A stretch of 64,000 nucleotides of DNA from positions 22,568,001 through 22,632,000 of the forward strand of contig CDPCPM010000180.1 in the NCBI GenBank assembly GCA_976551045.1. The letters are read 5' to 3'. Position numbers and translations under genes: made by a program. The DNA is from Glaucostegus cemiculus (lineage: Eukaryota). Below are positions 63,581 to 64,000 of the stretch, one piece after another. The first letter of the stretch is position 1, and the number at the start of each line of letters is the position of its first letter. The notes under the pieces were generated by a model. The model made no database searches. It was not told the origin of the DNA and saw only the letters and a list, made by a program, of their open reading frames with translations.

Positions 63581-64000
63581 CTGCAAAAGATATGAGCATT
63601 TAATAAATGTTACCAAATATTTTTGGCTTTCAGAAACAAAAATAAAATTAGATGAAGACAGCTAAAACGACAAACATGAAATTAAGCCAATTTTACTTTC
63701 AAAAAGGGGAACTTGTGATTCTCTTCACTTTACTGTCTGCAATCAGACAATTTCTATTGAAATCAATATTGTCTCAAATCCTGCACCAGATCGCAACGTT
63801 CTTCATCTGTCAATACATTTGAGACTTCCATATTTGACAACACATGCACAGAAGACCCAGACCTGCTTCCATTGACCAGCAAGAATAATGGGTTACGCTT
63901 CCCCGTTATCAATTTGTTAATCTGCACTACCATTCTATCACTAGTCATCTTTAATCAAGTTGTTAAATACAATTTTTCCAAAAATTAATTCTAGACCTAA

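Noticed and set aside
63763-63948. 61-aa minus-strand ORF upstream of the candidate exon
   Set aside because: No convincing splice donor or acceptor and no recognisable motif. Probably intronic.

Overview
Eukaryotic, AT-rich, repeat-dense non-coding DNA. The repeat content (many CR1 LINEs, HE1/V-SINE-like and Deu-SINE-like SINEs, L2, RTE and Penelope-like remnants) points to a cartilaginous fish (shark, ray or skate); this is an inference from my recall of repeat consensus sequences, not a database result. All long ORFs belong to CR1 retrotransposons (SGNH esterase ORF1; APE endonuclease + reverse transcriptase ORF2) and all are disrupted. There is no complete host gene. One candidate terminal coding exon (63477-63580, minus) with a good poly(A) site lies at the right edge. 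Highlights: (1) a U UUA AAC slippery heptamer, in phase, directly before the CR1 ORF1 stop, with ORF2 open in the -1 frame; (2) a dispersed family of short, often fold-back Penelope-like insertions, several with 10-14 bp target-site duplications, that carry minimal hammerhead-ribozyme cores; (3) several cleanly nested insertions with TSDs; (4) a ~430-460 bp non-TE tandem duplication whose MEF2, homeobox and CCAAT cores are kept identical. Boundaries of old repeats are approximate, estimated by eye.
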